Below are positions 1-11,053 of a DNA stretch of 64,000 bases, piece after piece (position 1 is the stretch's first letter; every line of letters starts with the position of its first letter). This DNA comes from Hemiscyllium ocellatum (lineage: Eukaryota). The stretch spans positions 2,826,117 through 2,890,116 of the forward strand of contig NC_083410.1 in assembly GCF_020745735.1 (NCBI RefSeq). Reading direction: 5' to 3'. The position numbers and the translations under genes were made by a program. The notes below the pieces were generated by a model. That model did no database searches, was not told the DNA's origin, and saw only the letters and a program-made list of their open reading frames with translations.

Positions 1-692
1 ACCCACTCACCCAAATCACCTACTCACCCGAAATCATCCACTCTCCCAATCACCCACTCCCCCAAATCACCCACTCACCCCTAATCACCCACTCACCCAC
101 TCACCCAAATCACCCACTCACCCAAATCACCCACTCACCCCAAATCACCCACTCTCCCAATCACCCACTCCCCCAAATCAACCACTTCCCCAAATTACCC
201 ACTCACCCCAAATCACCCACTCACCCCAATCACCCACTCCCCCAAATCATCCACTCACCCCAAATCACCCACTCACCCAAATCACCCCAAATCACCCACT
301 CACCCAAATCACTCAACTCCAATCACCCACTCACCCAAACCACCCACTCACCCAAATCACCCAATCACCCACTCACCCCAAATCATCCACTCACCCCAAA
401 TCACCCACTTCCCCAATCACCCACTCTCCCAATCACCCACTCCCCCAAATCACTCACTCCCCCAAATCACCCACTCTCCCAATCACCCACTCACCCCAAA
501 TCACCCACTCACCAAATCACCCACTCAACTCCAATCACCCACTCAACTCCAATCACCCACTCATCCCAAATCACCCACTCACCCAAATCACCCACTCACC
601 CCAAATCATCCACTCACCCCAAATCACCCACTCACCCCAAATCACCCACTCAACTCCAATCACCCACTCACCCCAAATCACCCACTCAACCA
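1..692. repeat. C-rich minisatellite, about 18-bp unit CACCCACTCACCCCAAAT, truncated by the window start
   Basis: Direct tandem repetition of cacccactcacc(c)caaat variants from base 1 to about 690. Confidence 0.95.
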
Positions 693-3082
693 TTTCAACA
701 CATGGGAATACAGATCCGATTTACAGAACCTATCCTCATAATTTAACCCTTGTCATGCTGTTGTTACTCTGGTGAATCTTCAGACCCACCCCACACCCAC
801 TCCAGGGCACTTCTAGAGGGTATAATGCCCAGAAATGATTGTGACTCTCACTGGGCTCTCAGCATTGATCTGTATGTTTGAAGGATTTGTTCCTCAGTCT
901 GGAGAAGTCCTTTAGGATCATCACAGACATCAGGTTAGGGTTAGATTCACAGAAATGTGGGAAGGGAGTGTTTGATCCAATCTGTCCACCAATTACAGAT
1001 AAACCTTAGTCCTGGTGAGGTACAGGCTGCTGCTGAGGAGCAGGGCAATGACCAAGGAGATCCGTCTCTTGGTTGGAGAATTGCTGTTCAGGCTTGGTGC
1101 AGTATTGAAGCTCATGGTCATTGTCTGTTCAACACAAACAGGAACAGGTTAAGGGCCGGTGACCTGCATGGATATTCATTTCAAAAACAAGTTAACTTCC
1201 ATTTATATAGCCCCCTTTAACATGGCAAAACATTCACCGGGACAGGTGTAAAAAGGTGAAGAGAGAGGGCGACGAGGTAACGGAGAGATAGAAATGTGGA
1301 AGCATAGAAACGAGGAGGAGGAGTAGGCCATTCGGCCCATCGAGCTTGTCCCACCAATCAATCTGGTCATGGCCAATTCTCTCGCTCAAGGCTGTATTTC
1401 TGCTTTCTCCCCTTGTGACCTTTACAATCTCAAAGTGTGGCCTTTCTTGTGTAAGGAGACCAACACTGCATGCAAACTGAAGAGCTGGAGACATGGAGAG
1501 GTAAAGGAGGGGGGGGGGGGCAAAGCAGAGGTGGAGAGGTACGGATGGGGGAAGATGGAGGGAAGAGGGGGAGGGGGTGGGGGAGAGAGTAGGAGTTATG
1601 GTGAGAGGTGTGAGTGAGAGAGGAGGGAGAAATGGAGAGGTGCAGAGGGGAGGGGGTGAAGAGCGGTTTCTAGGAATAGTTGAGAACAAAGCGTGGAGCA
1701 GGAATCAGTAACCGCGGTTGACCTCAGGTTCCTCTGTTCCTTCTCCCCCCACCCATGCCTCCCCCACTTTAAAGTTCTGCTATTTATCCACATCTCCACT
1801 TCACACCACAACCCCCTGTCTTAAATTCTATCTGCTATGTGCCTCCCCAGGTCACCAGTAAACCTACACCCTGCTCAGCCGCGTTACCATCTCCCCACTG
1901 TTTACCATGTTGCTGAAACACTGGGTCATCTGTAAATCCGGGATAAGGTGCATTTACTCTCTTTCAGTGCCCCATCCCCATCAACATCACCCCAGCTCTG
2001 GTTCCAACATCACCCCCACACCATTCCCTGTCATGTTTCTCACCAATGTAGCCCAGGAATGAAATGGCTCTCCTTCAATAACAAGTGAGTAGCTACTGAG
2101 TCAGTGTACAGTGCTGCGGTACAGACTGTGCCTTTTGGGTCTAACACAAGCAATCAGCAAGGGTAGCCTGTTCTTTCCCCTCAGTGTTAAGATGCATTCC
2201 CAGTGAGTCACCATGTTATTGTGGCATTAACCATTCTGGTGCTGTACAGAAATTACGCCCAGCCAGTTCCAACTAACCTGGATCAGTTTATCTTTCACAT
2301 CAGCTGTTTTCAAAACCCACCAACTTTCCTTTATTCCATATCCCCCCTCCCCCCTCTATTTCCTGTTTTACCATGGTGTTGATGTCAGACTGTTCACATC
2401 TCATCATCACCAGTAGTTTACACACTACATCAGCACTCATGTATCACAGAGATTTTCCTTCACTGTACAGACACATCCCCAGGGTTTCAAACATTGTAAA
2501 ACCCGCAGATTATTAGTACTCTGGTCTCCAGACTTGGCGTGACAAATAGCAACAGGAATCACCACCATCAAAATGCAGCACCATAGGAGCAGGAGTAGGC
2601 CATTCAGCTCCTTGAGCCTGTCCCACCATTCAGTGTCCCACCGATCTGTGGCCTAACTCCATTTACCTGTCTTTGGTCCATAGCTCTTAATTTTAAATCT
2701 GAGACAGATAAATTAACAACTGATCCAGCATCCACTGCTGTTTGTGGAAGAGAATTCCAAACCTCTCCCGCCCTTTATGTGTGGGAATGCTTCCTGACAT
2801 CTCTCCTGAACGGTCTGGCCCTAATCCACCTAATTCCAGAATCCCCAACTAGTGGAAACATTTTATCTTTATCTACCCTGTCCTTTCCTGTTACTATCTG
2901 GAAGACTTTGATCAGATCATCCTTCAACCTTGTAAATTCTGAAGAAAACAGGCCTCATTTGTATGATCTCTCTTCATAATCTAACCCCTGCAGCCCAGGT
3001 ATCATTGTTATAAATTGAATGTCAAAGATATTCCCTTAGCACACACATGAATGCAGCCCGGAATTAACAGGAACTTACCTGG

Positions 3083-3121
3083 TCAGCCATCAGGAAGGAG
3101 TTTAACAATGTGAGGCATGTT
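3083..3121 (-). CDS. Novel VJ-VJ-TM receptor, last coding exon (NMPHIVKLLPDG*)
   Basis: Pyrimidine-rich acceptor ttctctcctttctgttaataag; phase 0; TGA at 3083-3085 followed 4 nt later by a strong CAG|gtaagt donor at 3079; completes YVNM with the preceding exon. Confidence 0.6.
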   Translation of the reverse strand, partial: NMPHIVKLLPDG

Positions 3122-3219
3122 CTTATTAACAGAAAGGAGAGAAAACAAGAATATAAATTAATTTTTTGACAGAGCTGTTGCTTGGAATGATGGAACTGAA
3201 TAGTGTTTTGGTTCCTTAC

Positions 3220-3261
3220 CACGTAGATCTGGTTGGGCTCAACCTGGAGATCATCCGATTT
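3220..3261 (-). CDS. Novel VJ-VJ-TM receptor, cytoplasmic exon (KSDDLQVEPNQIYV)
   Basis: 42 nt, phase 0-0, acceptor ttcattccatttggtcacag, donor GTG|gtaagg, 98-nt intron to the next exon. Confidence 0.6.
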
Positions 3262-3796
3262 CTGTGACCAAATGGAATGAAATAGTATGATATAAATTAC
3301 TGAAGGATGGAAACTCCAAAGGGGCAGTAAGATTGTAAAACGAGAAAACACAACAGCTGGTCATGACCCTGCAGCTTACACACTGCCACGTGTACAGCCC
3401 CCTTCACTGATATGCCGTGATCGTTAACATCTTGTTAGTCTTTCACAGGAACTACAACCTTGTCTGATTTTTCACCTAGTTGAAGATTTGGAGGATTGTG
3501 ACTAAGTCTTTCAAGAAAAGGGTATTGAAGGACTTGACACAAAAAATGTTAACCAGATATAAATATTACCACTAATAGATCCAACGAAGATAAAAACAAA
3601 ATACTGAGGATGCTCCAAATCTAAAATAACAAAGAAATTACTGGAGAAACTCAGCAAGTCTGGTAGCTCCTGTGGAGAGAGAAACAGTTAACAGTTTGAG
3701 TCCAGTCTGATTCCTGTTTGGAGCTGGAATATAGTTATGTATCCCCAGTGGTGAAAGTACAAACAACATATTCGTTCATTTCATTTCATTTGTGAT

Positions 3797-4497
3797 TTGG
3801 AGGAGCCAGTGTTGGACTGGGATGGACAAAGTTAAAAATCACACAACACCAGGTTATAGCCCACCAGGTTTATTTGGAAGTATAATCCTTTGGAGCACTG
3901 CTCCTTTGTCAGGTAGCTAGTGGGGCAGAATCATAGGACACAGAACTTATCATGAAAGGTCCAAATCAGATGGTCTCCAGGTTGATACCAAACAGATCTA
4001 TATTCATACGACTGATGCGATGTATTGAACAAACTTGGGTGGCTGTTATGTCTTTACTCACTTGGAACGGGGATGCAGGTTTTGATTCATTAATATGTAA
4101 ATCCCAGAATTCCTTTCAAGTCACAGTCCGGAGACAACTTAAGGTTTTAAAAAAAAAGTGATGTCTTCTCAGACAGTCCATTAAAGGAGTGAGGTTAGAG
4201 TCTGTCTGTATCCCATCCTGGAGCCAGACTGGTTCTATTTCCAAAGTAGGAATTTATAAAATATCACATGGACTCACAGCCGACAGATTGTGCTTTTTGA
4301 ACAAAATAGAATGTATCTGCAAATACAAATCTGCAAATGTAAATTCACCTTTTCTATGCTATTGACCTTTTATTATAAATTCTGTGTTCTATGATCCTGC
4401 CCCACAAACCACCTGATGAAGGAGCAGCGCTCTGAAAGCTAGTGCTTCCAAATAAACCTGTTGGACTATAACCTGGTGTTGTGTGAGTTTTAACTTT
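3797..4497. mobile_element. Penelope-like terminal-repeat-derived element with inverted arms; hammerhead core in the right arm
   Basis: About 3830-3915 is the reverse complement of about 4410-4497 (aaaatcacacaacaccaggttatag / ctataacctggtgttgtgtgagtttt); CTGATGA-AGGAGC-AGC-GCTCT-GAAAGCTA at 4413-4441. Confidence 0.6.
4410..4444 (+). ncRNA. Minimal type I hammerhead ribozyme motif (family 2)
   Basis: CAC|CUGAUGA|A|GGAGC-AGC-GCUCU|GAAA|GCUA|GUG: conserved core, stem II, palindromic stem III (AGCU), 3-bp stem I CAC/GUG. Confidence 0.6.
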
Positions 4498-5182
4498 ACC
4501 CATTTCATTTGCCATATCGTGACCTACTATTGACCAACATTCTCATTCTGTCTCAAAGACTAACATCCATTTTGTTTACACTTTTTATGTTTGTACCTCC
4601 ATTTTTACATTTCCAGCTAGCTTTCTCCCATGGTCTAATTTCTTCCTTCTCATTAACCTTTTAGTCATTCTCTGACATTATATTCTGGTTAATTGTCTAA
4701 CCTGTCACTCACCTGAGTATAGTTAGATGCTTTGTCCTTCAGTTTGAAGTTTTCCTTAACTTGTGTAGTTAACTTGTATGTTGGCCCTTTATGGTAGGAA
4801 TATAATTATTCTGGGTACACTAAAATAGCCCCTTAAGCATCTGCCACGTTGTGTTTATTGATCTATCACCTAACCAGGTGGTGGAGGGAGTGGATGGTTG
4901 AGGATGTGATGCCAATCAAGCAGGTTGCTTCTTGTGTTGTTGGAGCTGCCCCCATCCAGGCAAGAGGGGGATATTCCAGCACACTCCTGACTTGTATCTT
5001 GTAAAGAAAAAGGGTAGGACCATTAAATCCTGTGAAGTTGGACATCGAGGGATATGCAGCACTGGGTTAACAGAAAAAGGGTGGATTATGGCAGACGCTG
5101 AGAGCTCAAAACAGCTGAATCCCTAGAGGGAACTTGAAAAAGAGATTAACAGAGCTAAGAGGGATATGGAAAGAGTAGGAGA

Positions 5183-5590
5183 GAGTGAGGACTGCAGATG
5201 TTGGAGATCAGAGTCAAAAGTGTGGTGCTGGAAAAGCACAGCCGGTCAGGCAGCATCCGAGGAGCAGGAGAGTCACCTTTTCGAGGGTAAGACCTTCATC
5301 AGGAATGTAAGAGGGAGCCCGGGGGGGGGGGGGGGGGGGCTGAGTGATAAATGGGAGGGGTGGGGCTGGAGGGAAGGTAGCTGGGAATGCAATAGGTAGA
5401 TGAAGGTGGGGGTGATAGGTCAGGGAGGAGGTCAAACGGATAGGTCGGAAAGAAGATGGACAGGTCAAGAGGGCGGTGCTGAGTTGGAAGGTTGGATCTG
5501 GGATAAGGTGGGGGGGAGGGGAAATGAGTAAACTGGTGAAATCCACATTGATACCGTGTGGTTGGAGGGTCCAAGGAGGAAGATGAGGGA
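5183..5590 (-). mobile_element. Penelope-like terminal-repeat fragment (family 1) with purine-rich flank
   Basis: tgcagatgttggagatcagagtc...gaaaagcacagccggtcaggcagcatccgaggagcagga...ccttcatcagga, shared with copies near 9960, 13400, 20320, 26040, 37670, 42430, 49490 and 55460. Confidence 0.55.
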
Positions 5591-5640
5591 AAGAGTAGGG
5601 GCCATTAAGTGCCACATGGTAATTTGTGCATGGAGCCGGA

Positions 5641-5956
5641 TTAGATTTGATTAGATTACTTACAGTGTAGAAACAGGCCCTTTGGCCCAACAAGTCCACA
5701 CCGACCCGCCAAAGCGCAACCCACCCATACCCCTACATTTACCCCTTACCTAACACTACGGGCAATTTAGCATGGCCAATTCACCTGACCCGCACATCTT
5801 TGGACTGTGGGAGGAAACCGGAGCACCCGGAGGAAACCCACGCAGACACGGGGAGAACGTGCAAACTCCACACAGTCAGTCGCCTGAGTCGGGAACTGAA
5901 CCCGGGTCTCAGGCGCTGTGAGGCAGCAGTGCTAACCACTGTGCCACCGTGCCGCC
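5641..5956 (-). mobile_element. tRNA-derived SINE (HE1/V-SINE-like), full length
   Basis: About 315 bp; minus strand begins GGCGGCACGGTGGCACAGTGGTTAGCACTGCTGCC (A box) and has B box GGTTCAGTTCC, the V-domain-like core and a (TAATC)n tail; near-identical copies elsewhere in the window. Confidence 0.9.
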
Positions 5957-6039
5957 CACTGTACGGTGTAGATGATGTAGGTCAGGTTTGAACTGAATAT
6001 TGTGTGTAACTAGTGAGAGGAACAGTGGGGTACAGTAAT

Positions 6040-7000
6040 CAGGGAGAAGGACAGTGGCACTATTAAAGAAATTAACGCAGACCGAGAGGAGGTTCTGAGT
6101 GGTCTGGCAGATTTAAAAGTCAATAAATCTCCGAGCTGGAAGAAATGGGTCCCAGGCTGTTGAGTGAGACAATGGGGGACAATAGTCAGGACCCTGGCAA
6201 TTCCTGCCTGGCTACAGGAGAAGTGCCAGAGGACTGAAGGAGAGCTAATGTGGTTCCAATATTCAAGGAAGGAGAAAGGGATAAATCAGGAAACTACAGG
6301 CTTGTCAATCTAGCCTCAGAGATGGGGAACCGATTGGGAGCAATTCTGAGAGATCGAATGAGCCTGTACTTGGTGAGGCAGGGATCAATCAAGCACAGAC
6401 ATCATGGTTTTATTAAGGGGAGGCTGTGCCTGATCAGCGAGATTGAAGAAGGGACCAGGTATGGGGATGGGACAGTGCTTTTGATGTAGTCTGCTTGGAC
6501 TCCAGCAAGACCTTTGATCAGGTCCCAGATGGAGACTATTGTGAAGGTTAGTGCCCATGGGGATCCAAGGATATTTGGCAGATTCGATCCATAACTGATG
6601 GAGTGGCAGGAAGCAGAGGGTGATTGTTGAGGGGTAACTTTGGAACTGGAACCCTGGAGTCACACAGGGAATAGGGTTGGGGCCCTTGCTGTTTGTGGTT
6701 TATAGAAATGACTGAGACTTAAATGTAGGAGGGTTGGTCAGTAAGATGCAGTAGGAGGGATGTGATAGCACTGGAGAGGGTGCAGAGAGAGATTTACCAG
6801 GATGTTGCCTGGGTTGGAGAGTTTCAGTTTTGAAGAGAGGTTGGAGAGACTGGGTTTGTTTTCCTTTGAGCAGGGCAGCCTGACTGAGATGTATAACATT
6901 ATGACAGGGGTAGATAGGGTAGACAGGAAGGAGCTTTTCCTGTTGATGGAGTAATTAATGACCGGGTTATAGATTTAAAGTAAGGGACAGGAGGTTTTGA
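6040..7000 (+). mobile_element. Degenerate CR1-type LINE ORF2 (RT) fragment
   Basis: VPIFKEGERDKSGNYRLVNL and HGFIKGRLCL are CR1 RT N-terminal motifs; many stops and frameshifts. Confidence 0.8.
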
Positions 7001-7009
7001 GGAGATTTT

Positions 7010-7480
7010 GTTTCTTTATTCATTTGTGGGACTTGGGCATTGCTGGCTGGAGCAGCATTGATAGGCCGTCCCTAGTTGCCCCTTGAGAAGGTGGGGGTGA
7101 GCTGCCTTCTTGAATTGCTGCAGTCCATGTGCTGTGGGTTGACCCACAATGGCCTTAGGGAGAGAATTCCAGGATTTTGGCCCAATGACTGTGAAGGAAC
7201 AGGGATATATTTCCAAGCAATTGATACAACTGAGCACCTTGCTAGGCCATTCCAGAGGACAGGTGAGAGTCCACCACAATACTGGTCTGGAGTCACATGT
7301 AGGCCTGACCAGATAAGGATGGCAGTTTCCTTTTCTAAAGGACATTAGCGAGCCAGATGGATTTTTCCAACAATTGACAATGGTTTCATGGTCATCATGA
7401 GACTCTTAATTCCAGATTTCAAATTCCACCATCTGCCATGGCTGGGTTTGAACTGAGGCCCCCAGAACATTATTCACAGT
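7010..7480 (-). mobile_element. 3' end of a second LINE family (CR1/L2-like)
   Basis: Same 3' segment recurs near 9480, 25160, 37090, 39980, 48650, 58470 and 63780 (translates e.g. HMDCSGSRRQLTPTFSRG). Confidence 0.7.
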
Positions 7481-8061
7481 TTCCGGTTGAAGAGTCGAGT
7501 GATAATACCAGTAGGCCATCACCTCCCCAGATGTGAGAAAACCTTTTTCACGCGAGAGATTGGTAGGGATCAGGAACTTGCTGTCTGTGGGGATGGGGAT
7601 GGCAGAAACCCCCATCACATTGGAGAGGTATTTAGAAGTGCACTTGTGATACAGAGACACACCAGGCTACAGGCCAAGAGCTGGACAATGGGATTAGAAT
7701 GGTGAGGTGGTTGTTTTTGGCTAGTGTGGAAATGATGGATTGAATGGCCTGCCTTTGTGCTGTCAATGTATATGACTTTATATGGACAGGCGTTGGGGAG
7801 ATGGGAGGGGAGTTACTCACAGGAGTATTCCAAGCCTCTGACCTGCTCTTGTAGCCAGAGTATTGAGACAGTGTGTCCTATTGAGTCTTTGGCCAGTGGT
7901 AAATGGCAGGATGTTGACAGGGGTTTGAAACCCCAGCACAGCCCTGACATTACTGAGGGAAGACTGGACACACTGATGCAGAGACTCACAGCTGACATTC
8001 ACACCCCAGGAGCGAGGTATCACCCAGGTGATGCCAAAGGTCAATAAAATGTTCATCTTAC

Positions 8062-8071
8062 ATCTTTAACA
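8062..8071 (-). CDS. Candidate alternative 10-nt microexon B of the VJ-VJ receptor (S-V-K-D)
   Basis: Acceptor ttttttattgctgctgcttcag, donor GAT|gtaaga, phase 2 to 0. Confidence 0.3.
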
Positions 8072-8122
8072 CTGAAGCAGCAGCAATAAAAAAGCTGGAA
8101 ACTGACACCTGCTTTCACTTAC

Positions 8123-8132
8123 CCTTGTGTTT
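8123..8132 (-). CDS. Candidate 10-nt microexon A of the VJ-VJ receptor (R-N-T-R)
   Basis: Acceptor catttctgcttttag, consensus donor AGG|gtaagt, phase 2 to 0; links the TM exon to the 3220-3261 exon in frame. Confidence 0.45.
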
Positions 8133-8403
8133 CTAAAAGCAGAAATGTTTTCATATTCCAGCATCAGGCTGTGTTCTCCAGCACCATGGGAGGAAGCTAC
8201 AAAAGACAGCATTGAGGGCAGTGTTAATGAAATGATTCTGAATTATTTTCCAATGATGCACAGACAGACTGGAGGACAGCAATAAACATTTTAAATTGTA
8301 TCTGATTCTGTGTTTACTATCATTTAACTTCAATACATTGTTCCATTCATTCAAACCGGAGTATTCCTTGTTAATATTGTTTCAGCGAAAGACTGATTTC
8401 CAC

Positions 8404-8527
8404 CTACAGGCTGACAGTTTCCGAGTGTGTCTGATACAGAAGCAAATAGCAGCTCCAGCGATGGGAATCATTCCCAGAGCAGCTCCCACAGTGATCCAGA
8501 CAATCCACAGCTCTCTGTTCATTCTCA
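8404..8527 (-). CDS. Novel VJ-VJ-TM receptor, transmembrane exon (VRMNRELWIVWITVGAALGMIPIAGAAICFCIRHTRKLSAC)
   Basis: Phase-1 acceptor ctctctgtttgcaattcctgcag only 136 nt from the V2 donor; 26-aa hydrophobic stretch followed by basic stop-transfer RHTRK; two possible donors (8404 and 8408). Confidence 0.8.
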
Positions 8528-8663
8528 CTGCAGGAATTGCAAACAGAGAGAGAGAGTGATGTGAGCCAGTACAGCTTCACAATAACTTAGTTCAAATATT
8601 GGATATTTTCCAACTGTCTCTGACAATGTGAGGCCTAATGCAGATTGTGTAAACAGGCCTTAC

Positions 8664-9008
8664 CTGTTACAGTCAGCTGGGTTCCACTCCCACTGATGTC
8701 TCCCCACACTTTACAGTAATAGACCCCAGTGTCACTGGACAGCACATTCGTGATGGTCAGAATGAAGCTGTTATTGGAGGGGTCTCTGGAAGACTGGAAT
8801 CGCTCAGTAAATCCTGGACTCCATTGCGTGTTGTTCTTCAAGTCATGTGTTAAAACCCACTCTGTGTTATTCCCTGGTTGTTCCCGGTACCAGTGAACAT
8901 CAGTGTGTGTCACAGTAGCATTCCTCATGGTGCACTGTAACTGAGCAGTGTGACCCTCAGTGACACGTTCCAGGCTCGGAGACTGGAGAAGGACTGGGGC
9001 GTTTGCAC
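8664..9008 (-). CDS. Novel VJ-VJ-TM receptor, Ig V domain 2 with fused J segment
   Basis: 345 nt, phase 1-1 (ttttttccctcctaaaag / ACAG|gtaagg); B-strand QLQC, C-strand HWYREQPG, RFQSSRD, ILTITNV, DTGVYYC, J-like SGSGTQLTVT. Confidence 0.92.
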
Positions 9009-9474
9009 CTTTTAGGAGGGAAAAAAGCCATCACTGAAGTTAGAATCTGGTCTGAAGGTCAGTATTGTCAGTTTTCAAAGGGTCAGTGTCAACAAGGCCA
9101 GCTGCTGAACATTGAGGGCCGAAGGGCCTGTACTGCGCTGTATTTTTCTATGTTCTATGTTCTATTGAGAGAAGTCTGATCTAGCTGTGTTGGTTTGTTA
9201 CTGAGTCAGATCAACAACAACTTCTTTGTGTATAGCACCATTTATAATACCAAATGTCCAAAGGAACACCACTGGAACTTTATAAAACAAGGTTTGGACC
9301 AGCTGCCAATGGAAAGAAGTGACAATTGGGGATGCTTAAGGATCCAGAGTTAAGAGAATGTGGATATTAATTTATCCATATGGATAGTGGAGATCAGAGA
9401 TGGGGAGGAGTGAAGTCAGGATGGGATTGAAAACAGTAATGAGTTTTGAAATTAAGGTTTATCTTTCAATGGAT

Positions 9475-10900
9475 TCCAGGAATTAGGGTGTCTCTGGCTG
9501 AGCCCAGTATTTATTGCCTGTCCCTAGTTGCCCCTTGAGAAGGTGGGGGTGAGCTGCCTTCTTGAACCGCTGCAGTCCATGTGCTGTGGGTTGACCCACA
9601 ATGTCCTTAGGGAGAGAATTCCCAGATTCTGACCCAGCGATACTGAAGGAACAGTAATATATTTCCAAGGCAGGTTGGGGAGTGGTCCAGAGGGGAATTT
9701 GCAGAGGGTGGTATTCCAATGTATCAGCTGTCCTTGACCTTCTAGATGGAAGTGATTTATGGGTTTGGAAGGTGCTGTCTGAGGATCTTTGGTGAATCTC
9801 TGCAGTGCATCTTGTAGATAGTACCCACTGCAGCTACTGAGCATCTGTGGTGGAGGGAGTGGATGTTTGTGGATGAGGTGCCAATCAAGCGGCTGCTTTG
9901 TCCTGGATGGTATGGGTGAGTGTTGTTGGAACTGCCCCCATCCAGGCAAGTGGGGAGTAATCATTCCTGATGAAGGGCTTAATGCCCAAAACTCAGAGTC
10001 TATTCTCCTGCTTCTCGGAAGCTGGCTGACCTGCTGCGCTTTTCCAGTACCACACTCTCGACTCTGATCTCCAGCATCTGCAGTCCTCACTTTCTCCAAG
10101 TGGGGAGTATTCCATCACACTCCTGACTTGTGCTTTGTAGGTGGTGGACAGGCTTTGGGGAGTCAGGAGGGGAGTTACTCAATACAATATTCCCAACTTC
10201 TGCCACTGTTAATGTGGTGAGTCCAGTTGAGTTTCTGGTCAATCTTGACCCCCAGGATGTTGATAGTGGGGGATTCAATGACAGTAACACCATTGAATAT
10301 CAAGGGGTGGTGGTTAGATTGTCTGTTATTGATGATAGTCACAACCTGGCATTTATGTGTCACGAATGTTACTTGCAACTTGTCAGCCCAAGCCTGGATA
10401 TTGTCCAGGGATTGTTGGATTGGGACATTGAATGATGTATTCTTGTCACCTGCACTGAAATACAGTGAAAAGTATTATTGTGTGTGCTCCACAGATAGAT
10501 CATATCTTACTAAGTACCTCAGGGTAGTAGAACAGAGTGCAGAATACAGTGTTACACCTGCAGAGAAGTTGCAGAGACAGACATCACATTAACACTTGAA
10601 AGGTTTGTTCATAAATTTGATAACAAGGGGGAAGAAACTGTTCTTCAATCTCTCATGACCACAGACACGGACTGCTTCAGTATCTGAGGGGTTGCGAATG
10701 GTGCTGAACATTGTGCAAACATCCCCACTTCTGACCTTCTGATGGAGGGAAGGTCTTTGATGAAGCAGCTGAAGATGGACCTAGAACACTCCCTGAGGAA
10801 CTCCTGCAGAGATGTCCTGGAGCAGAAATGACTGACCCTCCACAACCACAACCCTCTTCCTATGTGCCAGGTATGACTCTAACCAGCAGAGAGTTTGCCC
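9475..10900 (-). mobile_element. Fragments of the second LINE family with an embedded Penelope-like terminal-repeat piece (about 9960-10097)
   Basis: RT remnant LESYLAHRKRVVVVEGQSFLLQDISAGVPQG, SPTINILGVKIDQKLNWTHHIN, and the shared 3' end. Confidence 0.75.
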
Positions 10901-11053
10901 TCCTGTTCCCCGGTTTGTACTGAAATCTATACCATTCTGTAATTTACTGCTCAGATTTCCAAAAGCCAGGCGCCTGTGAGCCACCATTGCAAAGAATTAA
11001 TTATGTGATGACATTATTTGAGAGAAAATTTACATAATGTTATAAGTACTTAC

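Noticed and set aside
1005-1130. Possible terminal exon DNDHELQYCTKPEQQ...QD* on the minus strand
   Set aside because: Requires a phase-1 upstream donor I could not link; LQYCTK is not a valid ITIM; left as unsupported
4713-4819. Strong donor CAG|gtgagt preceded by ...ASNYTQ, a possible extra Tyr-bearing cytoplasmic exon
   Set aside because: In-frame stops from the upstream AG acceptors at 4810 and 4819, and nearer AGs lack a pyrimidine tract
5900-5956. tRNA-like A/B boxes (also at the other SINE heads)
   Set aside because: They are the 5' ends of tRNA-derived SINEs, not cloverleaf tRNA genes
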